DNA of 64,000 nt from Blastocystis sp. subtype 4. Taxonomy: Eukaryota. The notes beneath the pieces are model-generated. The model was not told the DNA's origin and searched no databases. It saw only the letters and a list, made by a program, of their open reading frames with translations. The stretch lies in NCBI RefSeq assembly GCF_000743755.1, contig NW_014569546.1:62001-126000 (forward strand), written 5' to 3'. How positions within the stretch are numbered: the stretch's first letter is position 1; every line of letters begins with the position of its first letter. This document shows positions 12,301 through 24,509 of the stretch, in pieces. A program made the translations under genes and the position numbers.

Positions 12301-15300
12301 TTCTTCGCCCTCATGCTGAAGATTCAGAAACAGCTCTATTTGAAGCCTGCATCCAACAATTGTCAAGTGAAGTGGATTCAGTTGTCGGTGAAGCATTGGA
12401 ATGTTGTCTGGAAGCTGCTGTTCAGAACCATTCTACATTCAATCAGGCATTTGAGAGTATGAATGGTATAGGTGGGCTTGCTAGTTTGTTACGAGTGAAG
12501 TGTAAGGATGAATACGACTCCTTGCTTCATCAGGCATTGAGATTACTGATTCTGTGTATGGAAAATGATCAGTGGAATGCAGGACAAGTGAAGTTGGCGA
12601 TGATTGTTGTCCTGTGCAAGGTAACAGAACGAAGGAAGCATTGTGAAGAGTGTGTTCAACGAGCTACATTGCTGTTGAAGCAATGGTGTGTAACAGGTGA
12701 TAATGGGTTAATTAGATCATTGCTTAGATGAATTCTGTTCTCAGATTGAGGTTCGAATTGATCACTTCTCACAATTCCTCACATCCAACACAAATCCTTC
12801 TATCGTAGGGAACATTCTCTCTCTCTTTGTTCGACTCTTAAACTCTTCTTCGGCTATTGAAAGCTTCAAGCAGGCTCAACTTGTTCCTCGCCTTCTGGGT
12901 CTCATTCATACCAATGGCAACTCACCTATTCAAGGACTATGTGTTCATATCGTGGTATATCTTCTTGATGATTATGATATCACTCGTCACACAACAAGGA
13001 TTCTTCTGAAACCCTTGTTATGTCTGCTCAATGAACCTCATCCTATGGAGGACAAGTCGTTAGTGATTCGACTCTGTCATATGATGAAACGCCTTCTCAA
13101 TGAAACTCCCCAATCTATAGGAGGAGTTGTTCACTGTCATGTATTACTGTGTTTAGATCAGTTGTTAACTGGATATGATGCTGATACTGATCTCCTAGAT
13201 GTGGTATTGGATCTCATTACTCGTTGTTGCTCTCAGGAGAGTGATTATGATATGGCAGCCTCAGGACTTATGGAGAGAGTGAAGAAGGGTTTGAGAGAAC
13301 TAATCAAGACTCATAATGTGAGTATGGTTGTGAAAGGACTTCAAACATGTGAGAAGATAATGAGTCAATGTGAGTTAACTCGAATGACGATGATGACAGA
13401 AGAATGGTTGAAGTTGATTATTGCTATTATGAGAGAATTCTTTAGTCAAACAGAGATTATCATATCATCAATGCATTTCCTCAATAGAATGATCGATAAC
13501 CCATTCACTCATCATCTCATCATTCATAATTCATCCTTACCTTCTCTTCTACAATCACTTCAATCATGCTATTCTTCCTTTCCATTTGTATTTGAGTCTT
13601 CACAACAGCTTAGTTCACTTCTTCTTAGTCAATCTGATAATCAAGCGAATCCCGCGGGAATTTCATCTAATTTGCAGAATGAGAGGATTCAAGTTCTCAT
13701 TCAAGCAATGAATGAAGCAAGTGAAGAATCTGCTGTAGCACTCTCGAAGGAACTGTGCTCAGCATCGGAACAGATAGATTCTCTTAATCAGTTGATCTTG
13801 TTGCTTCATTCGTGTCAGTCTCTCGTTTGTTCGTTCGCATCGAATCCTTGTATTGTGATGAATCTGTTGACAGTTATTGGCCGGATCTTTGATGATTCAA
13901 TTGCGAAGATTGATTGTACTGATTCTGCTTTCGAGTCATTCGTGCGCTCTGAACTAAGGAAATCTGACTGTCCATATGCTCTTCCATTAGTCCATATCGT
14001 GAGGAGTGCATGTGCCAGAAATGTGATTTGTCTTGTTGATTGCACAGAAGTTCAGGACATTATTGAGAGATATATCGGATCCAGCGAGGAAATGAACCAG
14101 GAATTATCTGGCATTCTTTATGAGGTGTGTAGAAATAGTCCTAATTATTGTCATTCCATTATTTATAGATATGGAGATTTCTGAGAATCTGGAGAATCTC
14201 TACCAGCAACTAATTCCATCGGATATGAAGAGCCTGGATGTAGTGACGTTGGCTCGCTTCGAGTTCATTCAGAGATATATGGGTCGAGACACCCTGATTG
14301 ATGACAGATCGACATTCATGAAACAGTATATTGCATATGAAAACGAAGATGTGAAGGATGAGAAGGCTTTTGTAATGAAATTACGCGGGTTGAACGTATT
14401 GTTTCAATTACAGGAGGAGAAGGAAGAACTCATCAAATTGAGCGGATTATCATCACTTCAGGAGAATCTGGAGAAATTCATGTCTTCAGATCGTGTTCGT
14501 GTCGAAATCCGGTGTATTGTAGATTCGCTTCTTTTAGGTGAGAACCGCGGGAATTCGCTGATTTCTAGATGGAGTTACAAATGACAAATTGATGCGAAAT
14601 ATGGCTATTATTTCACTTCAGTTTGTGATAACCTCAACAGAAGACCAGTTAGAGAAGGCAGCTGAAATGTATGTTTCTGTTCTCTCTTCATGTAGTTTCA
14701 AGGGAACGGATTGATGGATAGTGAAATGGACTACCGCTCATCAGGGAGTTTTGAACACTCTCTCGCACATGTTGGAGTCCTGGCTGATGAATCTCCCTCT
14801 TCATGCTCCTCACTTTGATTGGTATTTTGCTATTCTCTGTACTACATTAACGGGTTGGAATGATTCATTTTCTTCATTTTAGTGGCATCCAAGATTTCGG
14901 CATCACTTCAAGTTCTCGTTCAATGCTTCTGGAGACTGTTATTTAAGGACTATCAACAGCCTGGATGTGTTGAACTGTTTTCTACTCATTATAGGGAATA
15001 CCAAGAGATGTCACAAATATGCCCAATTTTAGATAGAGAGGGTGCTAGTATTGTGTTGTGCATCTTCACCCAAGGAATGTGTACTGGTCTTCATACTGAT
15101 CAGTGTTTATCCATTCTCCGCTCATATGCTCATAGTGATGAATGCATCCGGTTACTTCTTGAAAGACGTATCTTAGATGTGATATCGCTTGGATTGAAAG
15201 CGGAGGCTAATGTAACATGTTTGTCTCTGATTACAGACGGAATGACCATTCTAATGAAATACAGTATGAGTGAATGGAATAGTTGATAAGTAGAGGGTAT

Positions 15301-18073
15301 ATCATTGTATTTGGGGCAACATTTGGAATTAGTAACGATCTTGTCTCAGTATGATAATCGATTGACAAAGGCAGGTGAACTTGAGTTATCACAACGTGTG
15401 GAAGATTTATTACGTCTTGTGAAGAGACAGAGTTTGTGTTGTATGAGTAGATGAGGAGTATCATAGCTAGATGAAAGTATTCGAGAGAAGACAGAAGAAA
15501 GATATGGAGTCTTACCTCCTCGAAAAGCGCCAGAATAACTGTTAGTGGACGATTTGGTGTCGTGTTTGTTTGGAATTATCCATGCAACGGCGAATTGTCT
15601 TTAGGAGGCCTTTTTATGGAGAAGAAAAGGGTCCAAGTCAGAGATGGGAAGATTGTGCGCAAGAAGTACATCTAATAGCTTCTCATTGTTCTACATGTAC
15701 GAAAAAGGATGAAGAAAGGATCCGATTCATCATTCAAACGATTCGGTGGCCAAATCACACTGAAGAGGAAGTAGATTAAATTGGTATAACAACTGATGTA
15801 CAGAAATATGTCTTATTTCTTCGAGACATCTTGAAAGTGTTGTATGCATTGTCAAGTGAGGACGATCTTCATTTGCTCGAATCGTTTATTTCATGTATTG
15901 CGAAACAGAAAGTAGTATTAAAGAAGAGAATGAACGATAGAGTTGTTTCCCAGCATCTCTTGTTCGGAGTATCAAGAAAGAAGTCGTCGTTGATAGTCAG
16001 TTCTTTTTCTATGGACGATTGTTGAGTTATTGGACTGATATTGAAGGGAAGAGACTCAATGAGAAGGATATAGAGTTTATTCTTGGAGATGTACTATTGC
16101 CAAAGTTCAGTCATTCTCTTACAGAAAGTTCGAAGCAGTCCTTATTCTTCTGCTACCGATCTGTATTTCAATCCACTCTTTTCTTTCCTTATTTGGCAGA
16201 GAAGGATTGTCCAAACTCTCTGAAAACGTGTTTAATTCAATCAGCGTCTCAGTTACTGACTCTATTCAATGTCAAATCTTCCATCCCTCTGCAAACCCTT
16301 CATCTTCATTTGCTTGCCTATTTGATGCAACACCCAATTCCATATATTATTGAATCTGCCTTTCCAGCACGATGTCTTCATAATGCTCTTCAGCTCTTAC
16401 CTACACTCCCGGATGATCCAAGATATGTTACCAATGTACTTCAGTTGATCCGTGTCTGTCATTCCAATTCTTCTTTTACGATTGAGAACATCTCAGATTT
16501 TCGACTCATAATGGATTGGATTACAGTGCGTCAGCGACCCCTTTCGGTGGCTAACGAAGCCTTATCAACAATTCGTGTGATTCTCAAATCCTATACTTCT
16601 CCTAATTTGCAAACGGTTCTATACAGCTATATACTCTGGTCATTCAGTACATTGAGTCAGATCAAACAACCACTTTCTTATGATCAATTCACTCACTCTA
16701 TTGAGGTGATCCGAGTATGATTCCCTATTTTTAATTATATTTAGACAATTCAGAGTTGTTTTAAGTCACTTCCAGCTGATTTGGATCCATCATTCACAGA
16801 TCTCGCTCAATCCCTTTCTTCCTTATTGTTCTCGATGATTCTTCATCCTAAAGGTATTCGCCCTGGTGTTTTTTCATCCTAGAGCAACGTTTGGTGAAGG
16901 AGATCAGTATTTCACTTACACAGATGTATTCCCTTAACAGAAAGAATCAACGTTATCAATGGATAATTCCTTCGCTATCATCTATCCCTTGGACACAACT
17001 AGGTGACATGATGTTCCATCCACAGACTCAACAAGATATCCAAAAACAACTTGCAATGTTATGTGTGAAAATCATGATAAATTATGGAGATATTTTGGGA
17101 ATATCATTATTTGAGTCTTTATATGACACATTTAGGATGAAGGAAGATACGTCCAATTCTATCATCAAAAGCATTCTTCTTCAGGGATTTCTCACTTCAG
17201 GATTTATCTCTTTCATGATCTCTACGGTGTGTTCATACCTCCAGAATCCAATCCCTCAAGTCACCATTCTCACTCTGAATTCGATATCTTCTGTCAATGA
17301 CTCTGTTGCCAGCATCTTAGCTCCATCTATTTGGGATAAGATACTCTGGTTGACCAAATCGGCCATGCAGCAATGCAAGGTACAGAAGAGTCCTTCTGAG
17401 CTTCTAAATGCATCACTACGAGCTATAATGAAATATTTACCTCTTGCTTCATTTTCACCTCAAATGGAGGGAATACTTATGGAGGGAGTTTCGATTCTTC
17501 CTCTATGCACAACCCGAGAACAGTTGGGAATCATCCAAATGCTTGAGGGGATTCCTGAATACATGTTGAAGGAGTTATCGAGTGAAGTCATGGATCATGT
17601 AATCATGAGTTTTGTATTTGTTGTATCTCGTGAAACCAGAGTGGCTTTAAAGGGACTGGTTGCTTTTGCTACATGGGTTCCTTATTTCCCTCAGACGCAA
17701 CTCGACATGTTTGTTAATGCTGTGGAACTTAATCAAAACGCCCTTTTACTGCTTCCAACCACATCAGTTCTTTCTCTTCTCTTTGTGGTTCTACAACGGT
17801 TGGATTCGCTTCATGTTTCTGAAGCACCAGGATGTCTCTCTGCACTACTGCTTAAAATCCTTCAAGATAATCCAGAGAATCTTGTTATATTCATTCATGG
17901 ATATCGACGACTCTCTCTCTCACTTGCTCATCAACAGGAACTGTGTGATCTAATTCGGAGCGAAATCGGAAATTCCGAGTATAGATTATCGTTCTTAGAT
18001 GTAGTTGCCGCTAAGGAAGTGAGAATAGCTATGTTTCCCTGACAAATAGGTAATTGCTCGGTTTCAGACCTAA
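9371..18073 (+). CDS. Very large ARM/HEAT-like alpha-helical protein with possible N-terminal ubiquitin-like region (may be more than one gene)
   Basis: Chain of Leu-rich helical ORFs on + linked by ~30-nt GT..AG introns. The last intron (18019-18049) gives VIARFQT*. No internal 3'-end motif was noticed. Confidence 0.6.
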
Positions 18074-18150
18074 GAATTCTGTTTATGTACCATATTGTTC
18101 TTTTCAATTGTTTGTAACAGAGAGTATCTAGAACTGTGATCCCTCAAAAC

Positions 18151-19002
18151 ATGAGTAAAGTTATCGGAGTTGATATTGGAGGAACGAAGATGATGATGTT
18201 TTCGAACGTTGGAGAAAAGGTTGTCGAGAAAACTGTACCAACGGGGGATGAGACGACGCCTTCGTTAATGGCACATCAAATCCACGAATTCATCCAGAGT
18301 TTGGATTTTGTTCCAGATGCAGTAGGAATTTGTGTTCCAGGACTTGTGAAGGATGGAGTTCTGTTTTATGCTTCGGATCGTCGGAATCTTGAAGGACTAT
18401 CTGAGGACATGATATCCACACCTCAGTATCGTGCCTACATGATTAATGACATTCGAGCAGCAATGTATTCCCAAATACCCATATATCCAAAGGGATCTTC
18501 GATTTGTGTGATCGTCATTGGAACTGGAATTGGAATGTCTGTTGTGCTCAATGGTCACTTTCTTTACGGTGCAAACGGATACGTGGGAGAGTGGGGATTC
18601 TGCCCTCTTCGATTAGAGGATGGAACAGTGACAACCTATGATCAAGTGATTACTGGAAAGGCAATCGTTGAAACTACTGGTTTGGATCCAGATGAAATAA
18701 TTGCAAAATTAGAGGAAGGAGATGAACAAGTGACCTCTATTGTAAATACTGCTGCATATTATTGTGGTTGGTGTCTAGCCTACTGTGTCAATCTGTTTAA
18801 TCCAGATTACATTGTCTTAACGGGTTCCACAACGAATTACAAGAATTACCGCTCAATCGCGTTAGAAACCTGTAAAAAGTATTCTCTAGATGTTAGCAGA
18901 AATTCCTGTAAGATTGTTGATCCTGAAGCTAGAGGACGGATTGTTATTCTGGGCACAATTGAATATGCTCGAATGATGTTTGAAGGTAATGATATTCTTT
19001 AA
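18151..19002 (+). CDS. ROK family sugar kinase, intronless, bacterial-like
   Basis: Motifs VIGVDIGGTK, GICVPG, INDIRAA, IGTGIGMSVVLNG..YGANGYVGEWG and VNLFNPDYIVLTG. Confidence 0.9.
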   Translation: MSKVIGVDIGGTKMMMFSNVGEKVVEKTVPTGDETTPSLMAHQIHEFIQSLDFVPDAVGICVPGLVKDGVLFYASDRRNLEGLSEDMISTPQYRAYMINDIRAAMYSQIPIYPKGSSICVIVIGTGIGMSVVLNGHFLYGANGYVGEWGFCPLRLEDGTVTTYDQVITGKAIVETTGLDPDEIIAKLEEGDEQVTSIVNTAAYYCGWCLAYCVNLFNPDYIVLTGSTTNYKNYRSIALETCKKYSLDVSRNSCKIVDPEARGRIVILGTIEYARMMFEGNDIL

Positions 19003-19081
19003 GATTGGTTTAGCCTATTGCGTTTGATTTGTGTTTGTATAAATAACCGCGGGATTTGTTTTAAAGAGGAGATCACACTAA

Positions 19082-19432
19082 ATGAGTAAGCCAACCCAAG
19101 GTAAGTACTGAAATTATTCTTGATGCATAGATACCCCTGTTTCAAGCGAACCCGCCCAAGTATGGTTAAATGTAACATGGTCACTTGTAGGTGACACCTC
19201 AATCACAACCAGAAGAATCAAATACAGAACCTCAAGGCGAAGACTTGAAGTCACTTCCTCTTCGAGCCTATCTTGATAAAACTGTAGTACCACTTCTTTT
19301 GCTTGGGTTGGCTGAGACTGCCAAAGAAAGGTAATAGCTACGATATATAAGTTTATGGATAGACCAGACAACCCGGTCGAGTTTCTTGCAAATTTCCTTT
19401 TGCAGAACAATCCACAAGTGAAGCAAGAATAG
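19082..19432 (+). CDS. DPY30: Dpy-30 domain protein (COMPASS subunit)
   Basis: Spliced product contains [43 protein letters not shown]. It is missing from the ORF track because of its introns. Confidence 0.85.
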
Positions 19433-19540
19433 AATCAATGATGTTTGTGATACACTTGTTTTTTTGTGATCAAATTTTTAGAAATTAGTTGAATCTGAAG
19501 GAAGAATCAAGGAGAATTGCGTGCCAAGAAGAAACACGAA

Positions 19541-20535
19541 ATGTCTGTGATCCAGGTATTCTTCCATGATTGCAGATCTTATTATCTATCTAACGCTAAC
19601 AAATCTAGTGGTATTCTATAATCGGGTATGGATTATTCGCTCTTGTGATCTAGTCACAGTATATCAATACGGAAGTGACCATCGAGAACACATCTCTAGA
19701 CCAACTCCGAAGTGTAAGAACCATCTTCGTTTTCATGAACAGATTCGTGGTGTTGTCAATATGTTCTACAATGAGAACTGTAGTAGTGTGGAGTCGCAAA
19801 AGAACACGAATTTCGTTTCTATTATTCGGTATAATCCAAATCTGAGGATCTGTTGTCTACCGATTCTCACCTCTAACGAAGAAGTAAGAGCTGTGACTCC
19901 ATTAATATGTAGATCAATTGTAGTTGCTTGCGAAGACGTCACTGTCACGCAATTATGCTTCCCGAATCAACTACCCTAGTCACATCATGTCTCCAGAATC
20001 GATCAACGATTCAAATCCCTTCACATACAGTATCTATAGTCTATGAAATCATCGTACGCATGAAGAAGAAGTAATAATCCAGGGATCTTCACCTGTACCA
20101 ATCATCAAATCAATTTGCTTTTCAGGAGAAGCTCTCGGTGTATGTGTGTCTGCTTGTGTCCTCTTTGTACTATTTCTATTTATGTTGTCATATTCTTTTG
20201 ACAAGTACTCTCGTGAACAAACTATTGAACAATCAATGCTTCATCCATTATCTCTGTATGCATCACAGCATTCGTAACAGAATAGTGAACAGGTAGAAGT
20301 TCTATTTCCTTCATATTCGATTCCCTCTCCAATGGATGAGGAGTGTGCCATTTGTATGACTGTGTTTTCGAATAAAGATAACTTGCGCAAACTATCCTGT
20401 AATCATGGTATTGAAGAGAATGGATACTGATCAGTAGTGTTTCATGCAAAGTGTATTGATCCATGGATCATCAACTACAAAGCCCAGTGTCCAATATGCA
20501 AATCAGCCGTGTGGAAATGTAACAATTCTGTATAA
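19541..20535 (+). CDS. RING-H2 E3 ligase, probably PA-TM-RING (RNF13/RMR-like)
   Basis: C-terminal EECAICMTVF..LRKLSCNH|VFHAKCIDPWI...CPICK, with a hydrophobic segment at ~20140-20190. The start is uncertain. Confidence 0.7.
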
Positions 20536-20542
20536 ACAAACA
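20535..20542 (-). terminator. TGTTTGTT 3'-end/polyadenylation motif (MPDU1 gene)
   Basis: AACAAACA on +, with an in-frame T at 20547. Confidence 0.8.
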
Positions 20543-20546
20543 AAAA

Positions 20547-21381
20547 ACTTCCTTAATAGTGCATTTGTTTTCTTCCAGTAGACGATAATCTGAAGAACCA
20601 GGGTTAAATTGCAGAGGAAATAGGTAATATACATAGCAAGAATCAACTTATCAGGAACTTCCATAAGGGTGGTAAAGATGCGAATTGAAGATCCTACTAA
20701 AGAGAATGACCATGAAAGCAAAGACAGTTGACCAGTGTGCCCTTGCCTAAAATTAGTCCATATTTGAGGTAAACGAGCAGATAATCCAAAACAAGTACTA
20801 ATAATAGGGATAGCGACTTGAAACTAGTCATAAAGGAGAAAAAGAGATGGTACAGATTGAGGAATGAAACAAAGACACACCGCACAGAGAATCAAAAGCG
20901 AGAAGTTCCGATACATCATCTTTGCAGTGACAGAAGGATCCTTCGTATATCTAGGATATCAAAAGATATTTACAACAAGAACAGATGTGTGAGCAAAACG
21001 AGAATAATATCTTGAACAAGAATTAAAATGCATTCTCCATAGGTACTGAATGGATAGTGCTTAGAATCAGTGACATGAGAAACAACTTACATAGATAGAA
21101 TGATAAATAATGATAGGAAGGTTCTCAGCGCACTCAAAATAGAAGGAATACACATTCAGTCCAACGACACTCCGACTCTTTAGAATGTTAAGAATTTGAG
21201 GGAATTTCATCACAGCCGATCCAACAACAATCAGATACCCCATCAACTTGCTTAAGAAATAAGAAAAGAGACCCTCTCCTGTGGATGGAATCAAATGCGA
21301 AAATGGGTTTTTCACATCGGTGTAGAGTATGGAGACAAACTTTTCATTACCTAGAATGTAAAGAACGAAGAATCTGTACAT
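20547..21381 (-). CDS. MPDU1: PQ-loop protein, mannose-P-dolichol utilization defect 1-like; stop predicted to be completed by poly(A)
   Basis: Motifs SKLMGYLIVVGSAVMKFPQILNILKSRSVVGL, YPFSTYGE and GSSIRIFTTLME. Minus-strand TGTTTGTT at 20542-20535 with an in-frame T at 20547. Confidence 0.85.
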
Positions 21382-21621
21382 GAACTTGAAAGACAGAATG
21401 GCTTCTCTTCTGTAGTACTAGAGTTGAGGAGATGATTGGTTCCTACCCTAAAAGGGTCATTACGAAGAGATGATGTATTATCCGAATCGCCGTTTTCTAT
21501 TTGTTCCAATCGGATCAACTGAATCAAACAAATGAAAAGATAGATCATTTGAAAACAAATCAGATGTGAACGAGTCAATAGATAGGTCTTAACAGCTATT
21601 GCTAATCACATTGTTCTTGAC

Positions 21622-23729
21622 ATGGAGAGCTTCTCTCAAGCAGGAGTAACATGTCGAACGTGTCACGGAATGTCATTCTTTGAAAATGAGAATGGACAAC
21701 TTGTTTGCGAACAATGTGGAACTGTTTCAGAAGTACTAACAATTATCCATTTTGATTCTACTAGCAAAGCCATCAAACACAAGTAGAAGAAGACTATACA
21801 GCGATTCATAAGAACCGATTTGGTATATCTGTGCGTCGGGACGTTGTTTCAGACATTAAGTGTAAATATGTAGGATGGAAAGGGAAAACAGAAGAAGCGG
21901 AGACGGAAGAAAACTGCCTTCTTGTCACTACAGCATCTTCTTTATATTGTCCAGAAGTTATTAATGGTCCAAGTCTGGATTTGTTGATTTCTTCATTGAT
22001 CAGGTCAATGCTGTATTACCGTATGTTTCGTGTCCAGGAGAGTACAACTTCCTATGTAAACAAATTTGGCTAAAGTTAATTCTATCAACAAAGCCATATC
22101 TGTCTACTTTCACTCACATTTACCCATATACCCTTCGTAAGCCGGCTCCATCAGAACCTCCAACACCAAAACGACAGAAGCAACCGGAAATAAGTATTCC
22201 TGACATCATTCCTTCGTCGCAGCTTTCACAAACAGATGTCTTTAGCGGAATGGAAATACCCATGTTTTTGAAGGGATTTCTTCCAAGAATCCGATCCCAA
22301 ACGGAGGAATTGTTGGCTAAATCACAAAAGAAGTCCCAGAGGAGACGAAAAGGGTCTACACCTGAAGATCCACTTCTTCCTTTGGAAGATGATCATGTCT
22401 TGTACTGGGATGATGAGGAAAAGGTCATTTACGGAAGGGAGAAGGTGTTTTCCTACACTGGTTATCAGCTACAATTAGTTTCTTTAATTGGGATCTTGTA
22501 TGCAGCGGCTCGGATTCTTCGTCTCGATTGGGTGGCACGCGATTTTGAATTGTATTGAAATTGGGTTAATTTGTGATGTAGAGCAATTTGTGATGGAATA
22601 ATTCCGTATGTTAATATCGTGTCATTCTTATCATCTGAAGATAAGTACAAATTACAAGTATCGTTTATAAACAGAGAATACGTGAATCCAGTCTTGTTTT
22701 GGTTTACAAGAGGAATCATTCCTGGATCTGTAGATATGGTATTGGACTGTGAAATAGGATCGAATTGAATCAGAAGCATGGTCCATCTGTAAGGAAATTA
22801 ATGTTATGTATTCGACGATACCTGTGATTCCAGTGATTCATCGACTTGCCTCGATTCTCGAGATTGCCCCTGAGGCGTATAATTAAAATATCTTAGTGAT
22901 AGCATAGAGCTCATTTAGCGAAGAACATCCTTGATAGTGAGGAATTGGAAGTATTGGATATAAATCGCGTGACCAGAGAAGCAGTATTGATCTTTCATGC
23001 TGATAATACTGAAGATCTGAAGCTACATCGATTGGATTTGGAGGTATGCCTTCTGTAGTGGATGAAATGTAGAATGTATCTCTAAGCCGTCTTTGTGAGC
23101 AGAGTGTGAATTACATCATCGCTCTTCTTGTTCTATGTTGCTGGATTGTGAAGAAAATAGAACCAGAGCATAAACAGCAGAGCAGGTCAGGATGAACGAA
23201 TAATTGTTATGTTCAGATCTTCCAAAGCTACATTTTTTGGATTAGAGAATTCCATACACATTCCTCCATCAACCCATTTGATGAATTCGGTGCCACCAGA
23301 TTCTTTTCAAATTATTTTGGAGTATGCATTAGAGAGAAAGAGTTTGACATAGACGATTTGAACAAATATTGAAAGATCGAAAAGAAGGAATTGCGCCAGA
23401 ATCCTCTGTACTTATTATTGATTGAGTTTGATAGAAAGGGAACATTTGTTGATCCTCATTGGGAAAGTCATTTTGCTGAAAGCGAAGGTGATTCTTCATA
23501 TGGGATATTTTGGGGTGAGCAAGTAGATATGAATGGAATTGACGATAAATAGACCTATGATTGGAAGGCATTATCAACGGAACGGAAACTACAGGTGAAA
23601 CGGATTGGAAAGATTATGGGAGTTTCTGATGTGGTGTTAACAAGTCATATTCGGAGTGTGGAGTATTTGTTAAGTGAAAGGGAGAAGAGAAAGGATTTGA
23701 AAAGGAAGCACCGAATTCTGAATGCTTAA
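21622..23729 (+). CDS. TAF1B: RNA polymerase I initiation factor RRN7/TAF1B-like
   Basis: N-terminal Zn ribbon CRTCHG..ENENGQLVCEQCG, plus LIGILYAAARILRLDWVARDF..ICDGIIPY. TGTTTGTT at 23746. Confidence 0.6.
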
Positions 23730-24509
23730 GGTAGTTTTAGCAAGTTGTTTGTTCACTAGATGTGTTTTCCTACACTGACATTCGTAGAAGGTATAGAATT
23801 GTGCCGATAAGATTCTCTATTAAGTAGTAGAACAGATAACTTCACCGACAGTATTGTTGATGTGGTTTCATATCTGGATACAGATATGTTTTGTAGATTC
23901 CTGAAAGGAATTATTACTGCTTGTCATGTCAGAATAGACATTTCCAAGACAAACGAAGATATGTTATTTGGTTTGATCCCAGTAACTGATAGTGACAACT
24001 CATGAATATCCATAACACTAAATATTGATATCAATCCGATGAATCTACGAAACGAAACATTCTAGGCTGTAATTGTCACTCACATTCAAACACTGGAAGC
24101 TAGGATAAAACTATAATTATCGATGATAGAATGTGATTTGTTCAAGTCAACCAGTTATGAAACATAAAATGCTTGATATGTTCCATGAAAGAACTGCATA
24201 ATTGGCAGCTAATACAATACAATGATTTATGATCATCGTGTGTTTGTCATCGGCAATGAGTGTTTTTCCTTGAATATAAGTTGTAAACAACCATCAATAA
24301 TGATATAAAACAGATCCAAAGATGCATTGTCTCCAAATAAACAGCATAATCAAAGAGAAACATAAGAATGTGTCAGCCAATCAGATTCGTAGACATTGAG
24401 GAAAGATAGTGTTTTGGCGCAACGACACAAATGAGTGTTTACTCAACAGTGTTTAAACATATTACTTTTAAGCTATTGTAGGAGAATCATGAAGAATATG
24501 ATTGCTTAG

